NCBI GenBank assembly: GCA_964587725.1
Contig: CAZPLO010000009.1
Span: 1 to 48,184, forward strand
DNA length: 48,184 bases
Source of the DNA: an uncultured archaeon
GTDB taxonomy: Archaea > Altiarchaeota > Altiarchaeia > IMC4 > SCGC-AAA252-I15
Reading direction: 5' to 3'
A program made the translations under genes and the position numbers. Below, piece by piece: positions 28,999-38,285 of this stretch. Every line of letters starts with the position of its first letter. The first letter of the stretch is position 1. The notes under the pieces were generated by a model that was given only the letters and a program-made list of their open reading frames with translations, was not told the DNA's origin and did no database searches.

Positions 28999-30016
28999 CT
29001 TCCATGAACTTATCCGTTTCCTCTTTCGTGCCGGCGTTCACCCTAACGTATTCTCCTTTGAACCCCCTGAATTCCCCGAACTTCCTGACAATAATCCTCT
29101 CCTTAATCATCTGTTCGAAGAACTCCTGCGCCGTCATAGGTGAAACGTCCGCCAATACGAAGTTGCTGTCCGACCTCCATGTCTTGAACCTCTTCGACAA
29201 CGCATCATATATCCTGTTCCTGTCGGCTGTAATCTTGTCCACGCATTCGCGCATGTAGCATGTGTCCTCCAATGCGGCAAGCGCCGCGGACTCCGCCAGC
29301 AGGTTCACGTTGAACGGCGGCTTCACCCTTGACAGGGCGTCGGCTGCTTCCTCGCCTGCCACCGCATACCCTATCCGCAGGCCCGCGAGCGCGAACGCCT
29401 TGGCCATGGTCCTCAACACAATCAGGTTCTGGTAGTCGTCAGTCCATTCAACCCGTGTTTTTCCGGAGAACTCGTAGTATGCTTCGTCCAACACCACCGT
29501 CTTACCGGAGTCCAACACGGCTTTCACGTCGTCGTCGGGTATGCTCAGTCCGGTGGGGTTGTTGGGGCTGCACAGAAACGCGAGGTTGCAGTTCCCCGCC
29601 TCCTCCAGGAACCGGTCGGCGTTGAATCTGAAGTTGTCCTCCAGCTTCACGCTCACGTATTTTTCGCCCACGGCGCCGGCCGCGATGGGGTATTCTGCGA
29701 ACGACGGGTAGCTGCCGGCCACCGGGCCCTTGAAGACTTTCACGCACATGTCCATGAGTTCGTCGCTGCCGTTCCCCAACACGATGTTTTCCGGGCCGCA
29801 GCCCACGTACTCCGCAATCCCTTCACATACTTCACGGCTCCTGTACGGGTACATGTACGCCTTCCCGCTCCACTCGCGTAGCGCCTCAACCACGTTGGGG
29901 CCGGGGCCGTAGTTGTTTTCGTTGCTGGCGAGCTTCACGTAGCCCTCACGGTACTCCCCCGGCACGTACTCGTCCAGACCCCATACGTAAGGCCTTATGC
30001 GCTCCCGCAGGCCCAT
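28982..30016 (-). CDS. hisC: Histidinol-phosphate aminotransferase
   Basis: KLASNEN, GNGSDE, SPNNPTG, DEAY, RTMAKAFALAGLRIG. Confidence 0.9.
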   Translation of the reverse strand: MGLRERIRPYVWGLDEYVPGEYREGYVKLASNENNYGPGPNVVEALREWSGKAYMYPYRSREVCEGIAEYVGCGPENIVLGNGSDELMDMCVKVFKGPVAGSYPSFAEYPIAAGAVGEKYVSVKLEDNFRFNADRFLEEAGNCNLAFLCSPNNPTGLSIPDDDVKAVLDSGKTVVLDEAYYEFSGKTRVEWTDDYQNLIVLRTMAKAFALAGLRIGYAVAGEEAADALSRVKPPFNVNLLAESAALAALEDTCYMRECVDKITADRNRIYDALSKRFKTWRSDSNFVLADVSPMTAQEFFEQMIKERIIVRKFGEFRGFKGEYVRVNAGTKEETDKFMEAISSL

Positions 30017-30038
30017 CCTTTATCATTTCACAGTCTTC

Positions 30039-30077
30039 TTTTATATCCGATTTCATATATTGTAGTACGCTATATGA
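30039..30077 (+). promoter_or_regulatory. TATA box followed by the inverted repeat TCATATA-N11-TATATGA (candidate RHH operator)
   Basis: TTTTATAT at 30039-30046, arms at 30053-30059 and 30071-30077, 10 nt before the RHH-containing gene. Confidence 0.5.
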
Positions 30078-30087
30078 GGGGTATGCT

Positions 30088-30930
30088 ATGGCTGATGTGA
30101 GCAGGGAGCGGCTGACTATTACGCTGCGCAACGACCTTCTCCGCGAACTGGACTCCATGGTCGACGGCATCGAGGTGCGTAACCGAAGTCACGCCATCGA
30201 GGTCCTGCTGTCGAAGGCGTTGGACGTGCGGCGCGTCCGGAAGGCTGTGATTCTGGCCGGGGGGAAGGGCACTAGGATGCGGCCGTTCACGTACGAGATG
30301 CCGAAGCCTATGATTCCCGTGAAGGGGAAGCCGCTGGTGCAGCACACCCTCGAACTGTGCAGGAAATACGACATCCGCGAGATAATCATGTCCATCGGCT
30401 ACCTGGGCGACAAGATAAGGGAGCACTTCGGGGACGGCAGCCACCTCGGCCTCGAAATAAAGTACGTGGAGGAGCGGAAGGAGATGGGCACCGCCGGCCC
30501 ACTGAACCTGGCCAGAGACTACCTGGACAGCCCGTTCCTGATGTTCAACGGCGACGTCCTGTGCAGGATAGATTTGTCCGACTTCATATCCTTCCACAGC
30601 GAGAAAAAAGGTTTGGCGACGCTAGCGTTGACCCAGGTTGAGGACACCTCCGCCTTCGGCGTCGCCCGCCTGAAAGGCGACCGGATCATAGGGTTCGTGG
30701 AGAAGCCCAAAACAGGCGAAGACAGCAAGCTCATAAACGCAGGCGTGTACCTGCTGGAGCCGGAGGTCATAGACTACATACCCAAGGGGAAGGCGATGAT
30801 GGAGACCGACGTGTTCCCCCAGCTCTCGAAGGAGGGTAAACTCTACGGCTACCCATTCGACGGCCAGTGGTTCGACACCGGCACCCCGGAAGCATATGAG
30901 CGTGCGATAAAGAACTGGAAGGGCGTCTGA
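30088..30930 (+). CDS. Sugar-phosphate nucleotidyltransferase with N-terminal ribbon-helix-helix (NikR/CopG-like) domain
   Basis: 'RERLTITLRNDLLRELDSMV...NRSHAIEVLL' followed by ILAGGKGTRMRP..PKP, GTAG, NGD, EKP, WFDTGT. Confidence 0.9.
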   Translation: MADVSRERLTITLRNDLLRELDSMVDGIEVRNRSHAIEVLLSKALDVRRVRKAVILAGGKGTRMRPFTYEMPKPMIPVKGKPLVQHTLELCRKYDIREIIMSIGYLGDKIREHFGDGSHLGLEIKYVEERKEMGTAGPLNLARDYLDSPFLMFNGDVLCRIDLSDFISFHSEKKGLATLALTQVEDTSAFGVARLKGDRIIGFVEKPKTGEDSKLINAGVYLLEPEVIDYIPKGKAMMETDVFPQLSKEGKLYGYPFDGQWFDTGTPEAYERAIKNWKGV

Positions 30931-30931
30931 A

Positions 30932-32284
30932 ATGAGCATCTACCGCGCCTACGACATCAGAGGGATATACGGCACTGAAATAACGGAGGAGACCGCATAC
31001 GACATCGGCAGGGCGTTCGGCTCCACCCTAGAAGGCTCCGTCGCCGTGGGCATGGACGTCAGAGAAAGCTCCCCCACACTTTCGAAGTGCCTGATAGACG
31101 GGTTGAAGTCCACTGGCCTTCACGTAATCGACGTCGGCGTGGTGCCCACGCCGGTCCTATACTATGCAGTCCACTCCCTCAGGACCAACGGCGGCGTCAT
31201 GCTCACAGCCTCCCACAACCCGCCGGAATACAACGGCTTCAAATTGGTGCGGGAGGGGGGTATGACCCTCTACGGGCCTGAGATACAGGCCATACGGGCG
31301 GCGGTAGAGGAGAAAACATTCAGGGACGGCGAAGGCAGTTCGGAGACCCGCGACATCACCCCCGAATACATAAAATACGTTAAGGAACGCATCAACGTCG
31401 CCGGAAAACCCAAGGTCGTATTGGACTGCGCCAACGGCACCGCAGGACTCGTCGCCCCGCGACTGTTTCGTGAAATAGGATGTGAGGTGGTGGAACTCTA
31501 CTCGGAACCGGACGGTTCCTTCCCCAACCACCCCGCCGACCCCACAGTCGACGATAACCTAACCGAACTCATATCGGCGGTGAAGTCCTCCGGCGCAGAC
31601 ATGGGGTTCGCATTCGACGGCGACTCGGACCGCGCGGGCTTCGTAACCGAAAAAGGCGGCATAGTAAGGGGCGACACCGCCCTCGCATTGTTCAGCCGGG
31701 GAATACTGAAGCAACACCCTGGCGCCTCAGTGATATTCGAGGTGAAATGCAGCATGGCGGTGGCTGAAGACGTTGAAGCCCACGGAGGCAAGCCGATAAT
31801 GTACCGTACCGGACACAGCTTCATCAAAAAGAAAATCAAGGAGGAGCAGGCGCTGATTGCAGGCGAGATGAGCGGCCACTTCTTCTTCGCAGACGACTAC
31901 CCGGGGTACGACGACGGAATATACGCGTCGGCGAGGATGACCCAGCTGATATCACGGTCCGGTAAAACCTTTTCAGAGCTCTCCGACACCGTGCCCCACT
32001 ACCAATCCACCCCAGAAATCAGGGTGGCCGTCCCCGAGGAGGAGAAGTTCCAGCTGGTCGAGGACGTGAAACAGGAATTCCAGGGCATGGACGGCGTCGA
32101 GGTGATTACGGTCGACGGCGTCCGCGTTCAAACAGGCGACAGCTGGGGCCTCATCCGCGCATCCAACACCTCCCCAAAAATAATACTCCGCTTCGAAGGC
32201 AAAACCCCCGAGAAACTGGAGGAAATGAAGGCCCTTTTCAGGCCGGTGTTCGACAGACACCCAGCACTCAAAAACCAAATATAA
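30932..32284 (+). CDS. Phosphomannomutase/phosphoglucomutase
   Basis: AYDIRG, TASHNP, DGDSDR, GEMSGH, RASNT. Confidence 0.96.
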   Translation: MSIYRAYDIRGIYGTEITEETAYDIGRAFGSTLEGSVAVGMDVRESSPTLSKCLIDGLKSTGLHVIDVGVVPTPVLYYAVHSLRTNGGVMLTASHNPPEYNGFKLVREGGMTLYGPEIQAIRAAVEEKTFRDGEGSSETRDITPEYIKYVKERINVAGKPKVVLDCANGTAGLVAPRLFREIGCEVVELYSEPDGSFPNHPADPTVDDNLTELISAVKSSGADMGFAFDGDSDRAGFVTEKGGIVRGDTALALFSRGILKQHPGASVIFEVKCSMAVAEDVEAHGGKPIMYRTGHSFIKKKIKEEQALIAGEMSGHFFFADDYPGYDDGIYASARMTQLISRSGKTFSELSDTVPHYQSTPEIRVAVPEEEKFQLVEDVKQEFQGMDGVEVITVDGVRVQTGDSWGLIRASNTSPKIILRFEGKTPEKLEEMKALFRPVFDRHPALKNQI

Positions 32285-32298
32285 CCCCTGCCCGACAA

Positions 32299-32630
32299 TG
32301 TCATACACGTGATGACACCAAACCGCCGAGCCCCTGGGCTGTGACGACGCTTATGAGTGCTGAAACGGTCACGCGAAGTAGCCTTCGGCTACTAGCGTCC
32401 CAAGACGCAAAGCGTCTTACGGACGCCCCGTTTACAAGCGGAGCGAATGGGGGGGTGGTATTACGACCCCCCATGCACTTCCCTTTTTTATGTGGCGGAC
32501 GCTGTGCATCCGACCCGTGTCCGGGCTCTGCTAGGCCACATAAAACTTTTTCTAAAAGTTTCGTGTGCGAAAAGAAAGAAACTCTGCCATCGGAGATGGT
32601 GCAGTCACCCGGCCCACACTAGCCCACCTG
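32299..32630. repeat. About 330-bp intergenic array of nested hairpins (REP/MITE-like cassette or structured RNA)
   Basis: At least eight inverted repeats, several shared with the tRNA-Ser flank (GACGC-AAA-GCGTC, AAACTTTT-N3-AAAAGTTT). Confidence 0.6.
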
Positions 32631-32667
32631 CGCCTTTTTCTTTTATCCCTTCCATATATCCTATGTG

Positions 32668-33657
32668 ATGGATGATAAACCCAGGAAGTTCGTGCTCATG
32701 GAGGATGAGATGCTTCTGAGGGAGATTCAACCCCATTACCTAGCATTCTACGACATGTTCCTGGTGTGGGCGTGGGTCATATTGTTGAGCGTGTTTTTCA
32801 TCAGCTTCGGGGAGGAGGTGAGCGAGTTCCTCGGCAACCCCATGCTGTTTTTCACCGAAACAATGGCCGACTACACATCCCCCAGCGACGCCGCCCTGGC
32901 TTCCAGGATTCCCCTGGTGTCCAACAGCATGGAGTGGATGAACGACTTCATAACCCCAGTGAACGATTTCATGCGCTCCTACACGCCTGTGGGGTTGTGG
33001 GTCAGCCTGCTGGTTTTCAGCAGCATACCCGTTTCTGTCATGAAGATTGCGTGGAAGTGGATTGCCATCATGATCGGGGTCGGAGTAGCAAGCCTCGCAT
33101 TGACCATCGCGTTGGAGCTGCCGGCGGAGAGCGCATACTACTTCGGCATAATGTTCTCGGTGTTCGGCATAGCCGGGGTTGAACTCTACAGGCGAGCCCA
33201 CACATTCTACATCACCGACCGGCGAATAGTCACGGAGGTGTCGTTTATAGACCATAAACGCAACGAGCTCACCTACGACAAAATAAACAACCTGGTGTTG
33301 GAGCAGAACCTGCTGGGGAGAATATTCGACTTCGGCACCCTCATACCCGTCACCGCGTCCGGCTTGGGGATGGGCAGCGACTTCTCAGCTGTAACAATAG
33401 GGGTGGCCGGCCAGATACAGGGGGGGCCGTTCGTCGGCGGCGCGGTCACTGGCGGCAGGACGGTGCAGACGCCGAGGGTGAGGAGCCCGTACGGAGTCTT
33501 CGGGGTGTCGGGGCCTGAGAAGGTCCAGCAGATGCTCACCCAACACATACACGCCCACGTCGAAGCCCCCTATTTGAAGAAGATGACGGAGCAGCTGGAC
33601 ACAATGTCCAAGAACATGAGGGAAGGCAAGGACTCCGACGGCACCAACGACTGGTGA
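32668..33657 (+). CDS. Membrane protein with bacterial PH (bPH_2) domain
   Basis: TM helices followed by 'FYITDRRIV...YDKINNLVLEQNLLGRIFDFGTL'. Confidence 0.8.
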   Translation: MDDKPRKFVLMEDEMLLREIQPHYLAFYDMFLVWAWVILLSVFFISFGEEVSEFLGNPMLFFTETMADYTSPSDAALASRIPLVSNSMEWMNDFITPVNDFMRSYTPVGLWVSLLVFSSIPVSVMKIAWKWIAIMIGVGVASLALTIALELPAESAYYFGIMFSVFGIAGVELYRRAHTFYITDRRIVTEVSFIDHKRNELTYDKINNLVLEQNLLGRIFDFGTLIPVTASGLGMGSDFSAVTIGVAGQIQGGPFVGGAVTGGRTVQTPRVRSPYGVFGVSGPEKVQQMLTQHIHAHVEAPYLKKMTEQLDTMSKNMREGKDSDGTNDW

Positions 33658-33748
33658 CCAAAATTCAACATAATTTTTATATAATTTAAACTTTTTTTAA
33701 ACTATTTTTAAAAAAGAATTATTTTATTCGGTTCATCTCATATCTAAC

Positions 33749-34174
33749 GTGGGCTTGCTGTTTGAAACCCGGGAGTCACCGGAGGGCTTGGTCATACTCA
33801 ACAGGAACCTGTGGGGTTACTGGTGGCTGGAGAAGGTCCTCCGCCCGGAGAGGGTTTCCCCGACGGCGTGTCTGGCCGCATCCATTGTGTTGCTGGCTGT
33901 GCTGACCCTGCCGGGAATGGTGACGTTGTTGGTGATATCCGGGCTGCTGGACGGCCTCATGCTGCTGATGTTCGTGTCGGCGGTGGCCGCATTCATACTG
34001 TCGTCCCACTACGGCGTGGCCGCACGCCTCATCGAGGCTGAACGCAGCGGACTGAACATGCGTTTCCACTACTTCACCCCGTCCCTGTTCGCCGGAGAAT
34101 ACGAGGAGGTTACGGTGGGCAGGCGTCTGGCCCCGTTCTGGTTCAGCGCCTACAAGATAGTCATCGAGAAATAA
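33749..34174 (+). CDS. Hypothetical membrane protein
   Basis: Two TM segments. Preceded by an AT-rich promoter-like spacer (33658-33748). Confidence 0.65.
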   Translation: MGLLFETRESPEGLVILNRNLWGYWWLEKVLRPERVSPTACLAASIVLLAVLTLPGMVTLLVISGLLDGLMLLMFVSAVAAFILSSHYGVAARLIEAERSGLNMRFHYFTPSLFAGEYEEVTVGRRLAPFWFSAYKIVIEK

Positions 34175-35887
34175 CTATTTCGTGTAGTAGTATTCGCCGG
34201 CGCTCTTCTGCTCGCGGTCTTTGACGCTGCCGGGTTTGTTGGCCCGAGGCCGTCCGGTGTCGGGGTCCCGGCGGAAGGTCACGTCCATCTCCCTGAGGAA
34301 ACGGTTCATGCCGTCTTTCATGGGGAGCGGTTCGTTGGCCCTACCGGTCTTGCCGGACTCGCCCTCGAACACCAGCAGCTCGTCCGACAGGTAATCTATC
34401 AGCAGTATGTCGTGTTCCACCACTATCACCGACGCCTTGTTGTCGTAGGCGAATCCGTGCAGGTATTTGGCCAACGCCAGCCGTTCCTCCACGTCCAGGT
34501 AAGCGGAGGGCTCGTCGAGCATGTATATCTCAGCCTCCCTCGACAGGCAATCTGCGATGGCAACCCGCTGCAGTTCGCCGCCGCTCAACTCCGTCAATTT
34601 CTTGTCCAGCAGGTGGGTGAGGCGGAACCTCTGCACCAGGTCGCCTTTAATCTTCAAACCCATCACCGGGTCTTCGGTGGGGTGTATGTACTGGGGTTTA
34701 TACGATACTCTGACGCCGAGGTCTACCTCCTTGCCGTCTGGTTTCTCCTCGCCCGCGAGCATCTTAACGAACGTTGTTTTTCCGGTGGCGTTGGGCCCCA
34801 ACACCCCGAGTATGGACGGGCTCTTCACACCCCCCGCGTCTGCATGTAGGCTGAAGCTCTCGTACGTCTTCCCCATCTCCGGATACTCCAAAAGCGTTTT
34901 CCTCTCCTTCTCCACCGTCGGAGGCCGGACGTCGAATTTGATTTCATCCCGGAACCGCATGTTTTCGCTGCGGAGGAAACCGCCCAAGTACTCGTTGATG
35001 CCAACCCTGACGCCCATGATGTTGCTGACTATCCCGTACGCCCCCACCTCCCCGAATATGACGTGCACGCGGTCGCTCAAGTAATCCAACACGACGAGGT
35101 CGTGTTCCACCACCAACACGGGCTTGCCCTCCAGGGAGCGTATGGTCTTCGCCGCGTTCAAACGCTCCCCCACGTCCAGGTAGCTGGAGGGCTCGTCTAT
35201 CAAGTACACGTCCGCTTCTTTGCCGAGGCACGCCGCCAACGCAATCTTCTGCAGCTCCCCCCCGCTAACTGACTTGATGTCCTTGTCCAACGCGTTCTTG
35301 AGGTTCAGTTTCTCTGTTATTTCATCGAACACGCCGCGTTCATCGCCGGACTCCAGTATGTCCCCAACCCTGCCCTCAACCACCCGAGGTATCGACTCCA
35401 CATACTGTGGCTTATACACTGCCTTTATGCCGCCTTCACTGAGCCTCTTCAAATAGTCTTGGAGTTCATGTCCTTTGTATCGTTCCAGTACCTCATCCCA
35501 TCCCGCGCCGGCTCCGAGGTTCGGCTGTATTTCGCCGGACAGTATCCTCAACGCAGTGGACTTTCCTATGCCGTTGCTTCCGACGATGCCGGCCACGCCT
35601 TCGCGGGGGGTGGGGAGGTTGAACAGGCGGAAGCCGTTGACGCCGTGCTGGTGCACCGGCTCGGTCAGCGCCTCCGGCAGGTTGATTATCTTGATGGCGT
35701 CGTACGGGCACTTCCTCACGCATATGCCGCATCCAGTGCACAGTGTCTCGCTTATCACCGGCTTCCCCGTATCAGGGTCCTTGGTGATGCACTCGCCTCC
35801 GGTCTTGTTCACAGGGCACACTCTGACACACAGGAAGTTACAGTCTTTCGGCTTGCACCTGCTTTTGTCGTGTACCGCAATCCTCAT
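34175..35887 (-). CDS. Ribosome recycling ATPase ABCE1 (RLI)
   Basis: N-terminal 2x[4Fe-4S] domain (CKPKDC..CVRVCP, CTGCGICVRKCP), two ABC domains with SGGELQ, C-terminal RPRANK...YYY. Confidence 0.97.
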   Translation of the reverse strand: MRIAVHDKSRCKPKDCNFLCVRVCPVNKTGGECITKDPDTGKPVISETLCTGCGICVRKCPYDAIKIINLPEALTEPVHQHGVNGFRLFNLPTPREGVAGIVGSNGIGKSTALRILSGEIQPNLGAGAGWDEVLERYKGHELQDYLKRLSEGGIKAVYKPQYVESIPRVVEGRVGDILESGDERGVFDEITEKLNLKNALDKDIKSVSGGELQKIALAACLGKEADVYLIDEPSSYLDVGERLNAAKTIRSLEGKPVLVVEHDLVVLDYLSDRVHVIFGEVGAYGIVSNIMGVRVGINEYLGGFLRSENMRFRDEIKFDVRPPTVEKERKTLLEYPEMGKTYESFSLHADAGGVKSPSILGVLGPNATGKTTFVKMLAGEEKPDGKEVDLGVRVSYKPQYIHPTEDPVMGLKIKGDLVQRFRLTHLLDKKLTELSGGELQRVAIADCLSREAEIYMLDEPSAYLDVEERLALAKYLHGFAYDNKASVIVVEHDILLIDYLSDELLVFEGESGKTGRANEPLPMKDGMNRFLREMDVTFRRDPDTGRPRANKPGSVKDREQKSAGEYYYTK

Positions 35888-36531
35888 CTTCTCTCCATAA
35901 TCCCCCGTATCTCCCCGAGGTTTGATATGGTCGGGTAGTCTCTGGCGTCCTTGGAGCCTGCTCTGTCCACCAAAACAGCCTTCAGTCCCGCGTTCAACGC
36001 CCCTTCGACGTCTGCTTCAACGCTGTCCCCTACCATCCACGCGTCGGCGGCTTTCACGTCCAGTTCCTCTAAGGCGGCCTCGTATATAAGCGGGTTAGGC
36101 TTCACCACGCCTATGTCGCATGAGAATAATACGGCGTCGAAGTAGTCTTTCAGGTATTTTTCTCTGGCGTAGTCACATCCGCTCCCGTCCACGTTCGATA
36201 TGAGACCGAGCCTGTAGTCTTCGCGGAGGCCCGCCAACACCGCCTCCGCCCCCGGAAAGTATTCCGCATCGTCCAGGCGGCTTCTCCACACCTCCGCAGC
36301 CTCCGAAACCTCGCCGCCGCATGCGACGTCGTTTTCCCTGCACAGTCCATCCAGCATCTCCTCCAGACTGTATCCACGGTCCACGAACACGGTTTTTTCC
36401 ATCGCGGATACGACCTCATGGTAGCCTGCCTTCCCCTCCAAATCAAGCAGCTTTATCATCCTCTCCACCCGCTCCCTGGTCGGACAATACAATAGCGTGT
36501 TCCACAGGTCGAACAGTACAGCTTCAGCCAT
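35884..36531 (-). CDS. HAD-family hydrolase
   Basis: FDLWNTL, ISN, KPNP, VGDSVEADV. Confidence 0.9.
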   Translation of the reverse strand: MAEAVLFDLWNTLLYCPTRERVERMIKLLDLEGKAGYHEVVSAMEKTVFVDRGYSLEEMLDGLCRENDVACGGEVSEAAEVWRSRLDDAEYFPGAEAVLAGLREDYRLGLISNVDGSGCDYAREKYLKDYFDAVLFSCDIGVVKPNPLIYEAALEELDVKAADAWMVGDSVEADVEGALNAGLKAVLVDRAGSKDARDYPTISNLGEIRGIMERR

Positions 36532-36532
36532 C

Positions 36533-37642
36533 TTAAATCATGTTTTTTATGAGTTCAGCCAGCCCCTTCTCGTCCACGGGCCGTGGATTGCTTCTGGTGG
36601 ACCCGCTCAAACCCACCTCCACCATCTCCGGTATATGCTCTTCCTTAACCCCTAATTCGCCCAGGGTTGCAGGCACCCCCAGAATCTCATTAATCTCCTC
36701 TACCTTTTCAACAAGCTCCTCAGGCGTCTGGAGGCCGCAGTGCCTAGCCAACCCCGCATAGTCCGTGCACTCCATGTTGAAACGCATGACATATGGGAGT
36801 ACTGTTCCGCAGGCTAGTCCGTGGGAAATGCCCGTCACCCTCCACAGTGAATATGAGAGGCCGTGAGCCACTCCGGCGCCGGCGTGGGTTATCCCGTAAC
36901 CAGCCATCAAACCCGCCAGCATCATCCGCTCCCTCGCCTCCATGTTTCCCCCGTCCCGGTAGGCTGTGGTCAGGTTCTCCAGTACAACTTTCGCCGCCTC
37001 CATGCACAGCACGTCCCCTATGGGCTGGTGGCGGTTAGATGTATGGGCTTCTATGGCGTGGGTGAGGGCGTCGAGCCCGGATGACGCCGTCACACTGGTG
37101 GGCATGCTAACAGTCAACTCCGGGTCATCCAATGCAACCGTGGGGTACATGAATCTGCTGCGGAAGCTTTTTTTCACCCTATTACCCACGTCCGACAGCA
37201 CTGACACCTCCGTTACCTCACTGCCTGTGCCAGAGGTTGTGGGCACCGCTACCAGGGGCGGTCCGGGTTCACCGACGCCACACCCCCTCAGGTACTCTAT
37301 TGATGTTCCGCCGTTGGCTGACACAACCGACATGGCCTTGGCGGCGTCCATGGGGCTGCCGCCCCCCAAGGCTATGATGGCGTCGGAGCCTCTCACAACT
37401 TCTGCGCCCCGGTCCACCGTATCAACGGAGGGGTCGTTTTCCACTTCGTCGAAGACTGTCACCTCCTGTTTCTCAAGCATGCTGGTAACCCGGTCCAGTA
37501 TTCCCGTCTTTCGCATGGCTGTTTTTCCAGTAACCACCACCACATTGCATGCACCCAACTCTTTCATAACCGACGGCAGTTCATCCACCACACCCCTTCC
37601 GAAACGCACTTCCGTTGGCGTGTGGTAGGTGAATTCCATCAC
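36533..37642 (-). CDS. Iron-containing alcohol dehydrogenase family protein
   Basis: GGGSPMDAAK, PTTSGTGSE, DALTHAIE, HGL...HG. Confidence 0.93.
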   Translation of the reverse strand: MMEFTYHTPTEVRFGRGVVDELPSVMKELGACNVVVVTGKTAMRKTGILDRVTSMLEKQEVTVFDEVENDPSVDTVDRGAEVVRGSDAIIALGGGSPMDAAKAMSVVSANGGTSIEYLRGCGVGEPGPPLVAVPTTSGTGSEVTEVSVLSDVGNRVKKSFRSRFMYPTVALDDPELTVSMPTSVTASSGLDALTHAIEAHTSNRHQPIGDVLCMEAAKVVLENLTTAYRDGGNMEARERMMLAGLMAGYGITHAGAGVAHGLSYSLWRVTGISHGLACGTVLPYVMRFNMECTDYAGLARHCGLQTPEELVEKVEEINEILGVPATLGELGVKEEHIPEMVEVGLSGSTRSNPRPVDEKGLAELIKNMI

Positions 37643-38283
37643 AGGCCCTCCAGCAGCCTAAGGTTCACGTCCTCCATGGAGTCGACCACCGCGTCAGCTC
37701 CGCCGAGGTCTTGGCCGTGGGTGTTGGGGCTTCTCACCGCCACAACCTTCATGCCCGCCGCCTTAGCAGCCTCTATCCCCGCCTCCGCGTCCTCCAACAC
37801 CACACACCCGGACGGTTCCAGACCCAACCGTTCAGCAGCCAACAGGAAAGGCTCCGGGTCGGGTTTGCCCTGCACGCAGCAGTCTCCGGACAGTATCAAA
37901 TCGAATCCCATAACCAACCCCACCTCCTCTAGACTAACGTTGACCCGGTCCATGGGGCTCGAAGAAACCACAGCTTTCTTCACGCCGGCGTCGTCCAGCT
38001 CGCCCAGCAACTCGAGCACCCCCGGCACCGGCTTCAACCGGCCCCTAATCAGTTTCGCGAACAACCGGTTCTTCTTAGCCACCAGTCCGTCGACATCCAC
38101 TTCCAAGCCTCTTGCGTCGACGGCGGCCTGATAGTTCTCTCTCGTCCGCCTGCCGAACACGTTCTTCCTCTCCTCCTCGGTCTGACGTATCCCCACATCA
38201 GCCAAAACTTTGTCTGAAGCCTCCCGGCTGAACGGCTCCGAATCAATCAACACCCCGTCGAGGTCGAACAACACAGCATCCAT
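37639..38283 (-). CDS. HAD-family phosphatase (beta-phosphoglucomutase-like)
   Basis: FDLDGVLIDSE, VSSS, KPDPE, LEDA..GIEAAKAAGM. Confidence 0.9.
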   Translation of the reverse strand: MDAVLFDLDGVLIDSEPFSREASDKVLADVGIRQTEEERKNVFGRRTRENYQAAVDARGLEVDVDGLVAKKNRLFAKLIRGRLKPVPGVLELLGELDDAGVKKAVVSSSPMDRVNVSLEEVGLVMGFDLILSGDCCVQGKPDPEPFLLAAERLGLEPSGCVVLEDAEAGIEAAKAAGMKVVAVRSPNTHGQDLGGADAVVDSMEDVNLRLLEGL

Positions 38284-38285
38284 GG

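Noticed and set aside
32341-32372. Hammerhead-like core (CTTATGAG...GAAAC)
   Set aside because: CTTATGA deviates from the essential CUGANGA, and stems II and III are not convincingly formed.
32325-32632. SRP RNA or RNase P RNA (right size; the minus strand begins GGTGGGCTAG...GCCGGG)
   Set aside because: I found no SRP helix-8 motif (CAGG..GGAA..AGCAG) and no RNase P GAGGAA..TCC or ACAGAA....GCTTA motifs on either strand.
33658-33748. Very AT-rich spacer as a possible replication origin
   Set aside because: It is short, has no ORB-like repeats and no adjacent orc1/cdc6, and is adequately explained as terminator plus promoter.
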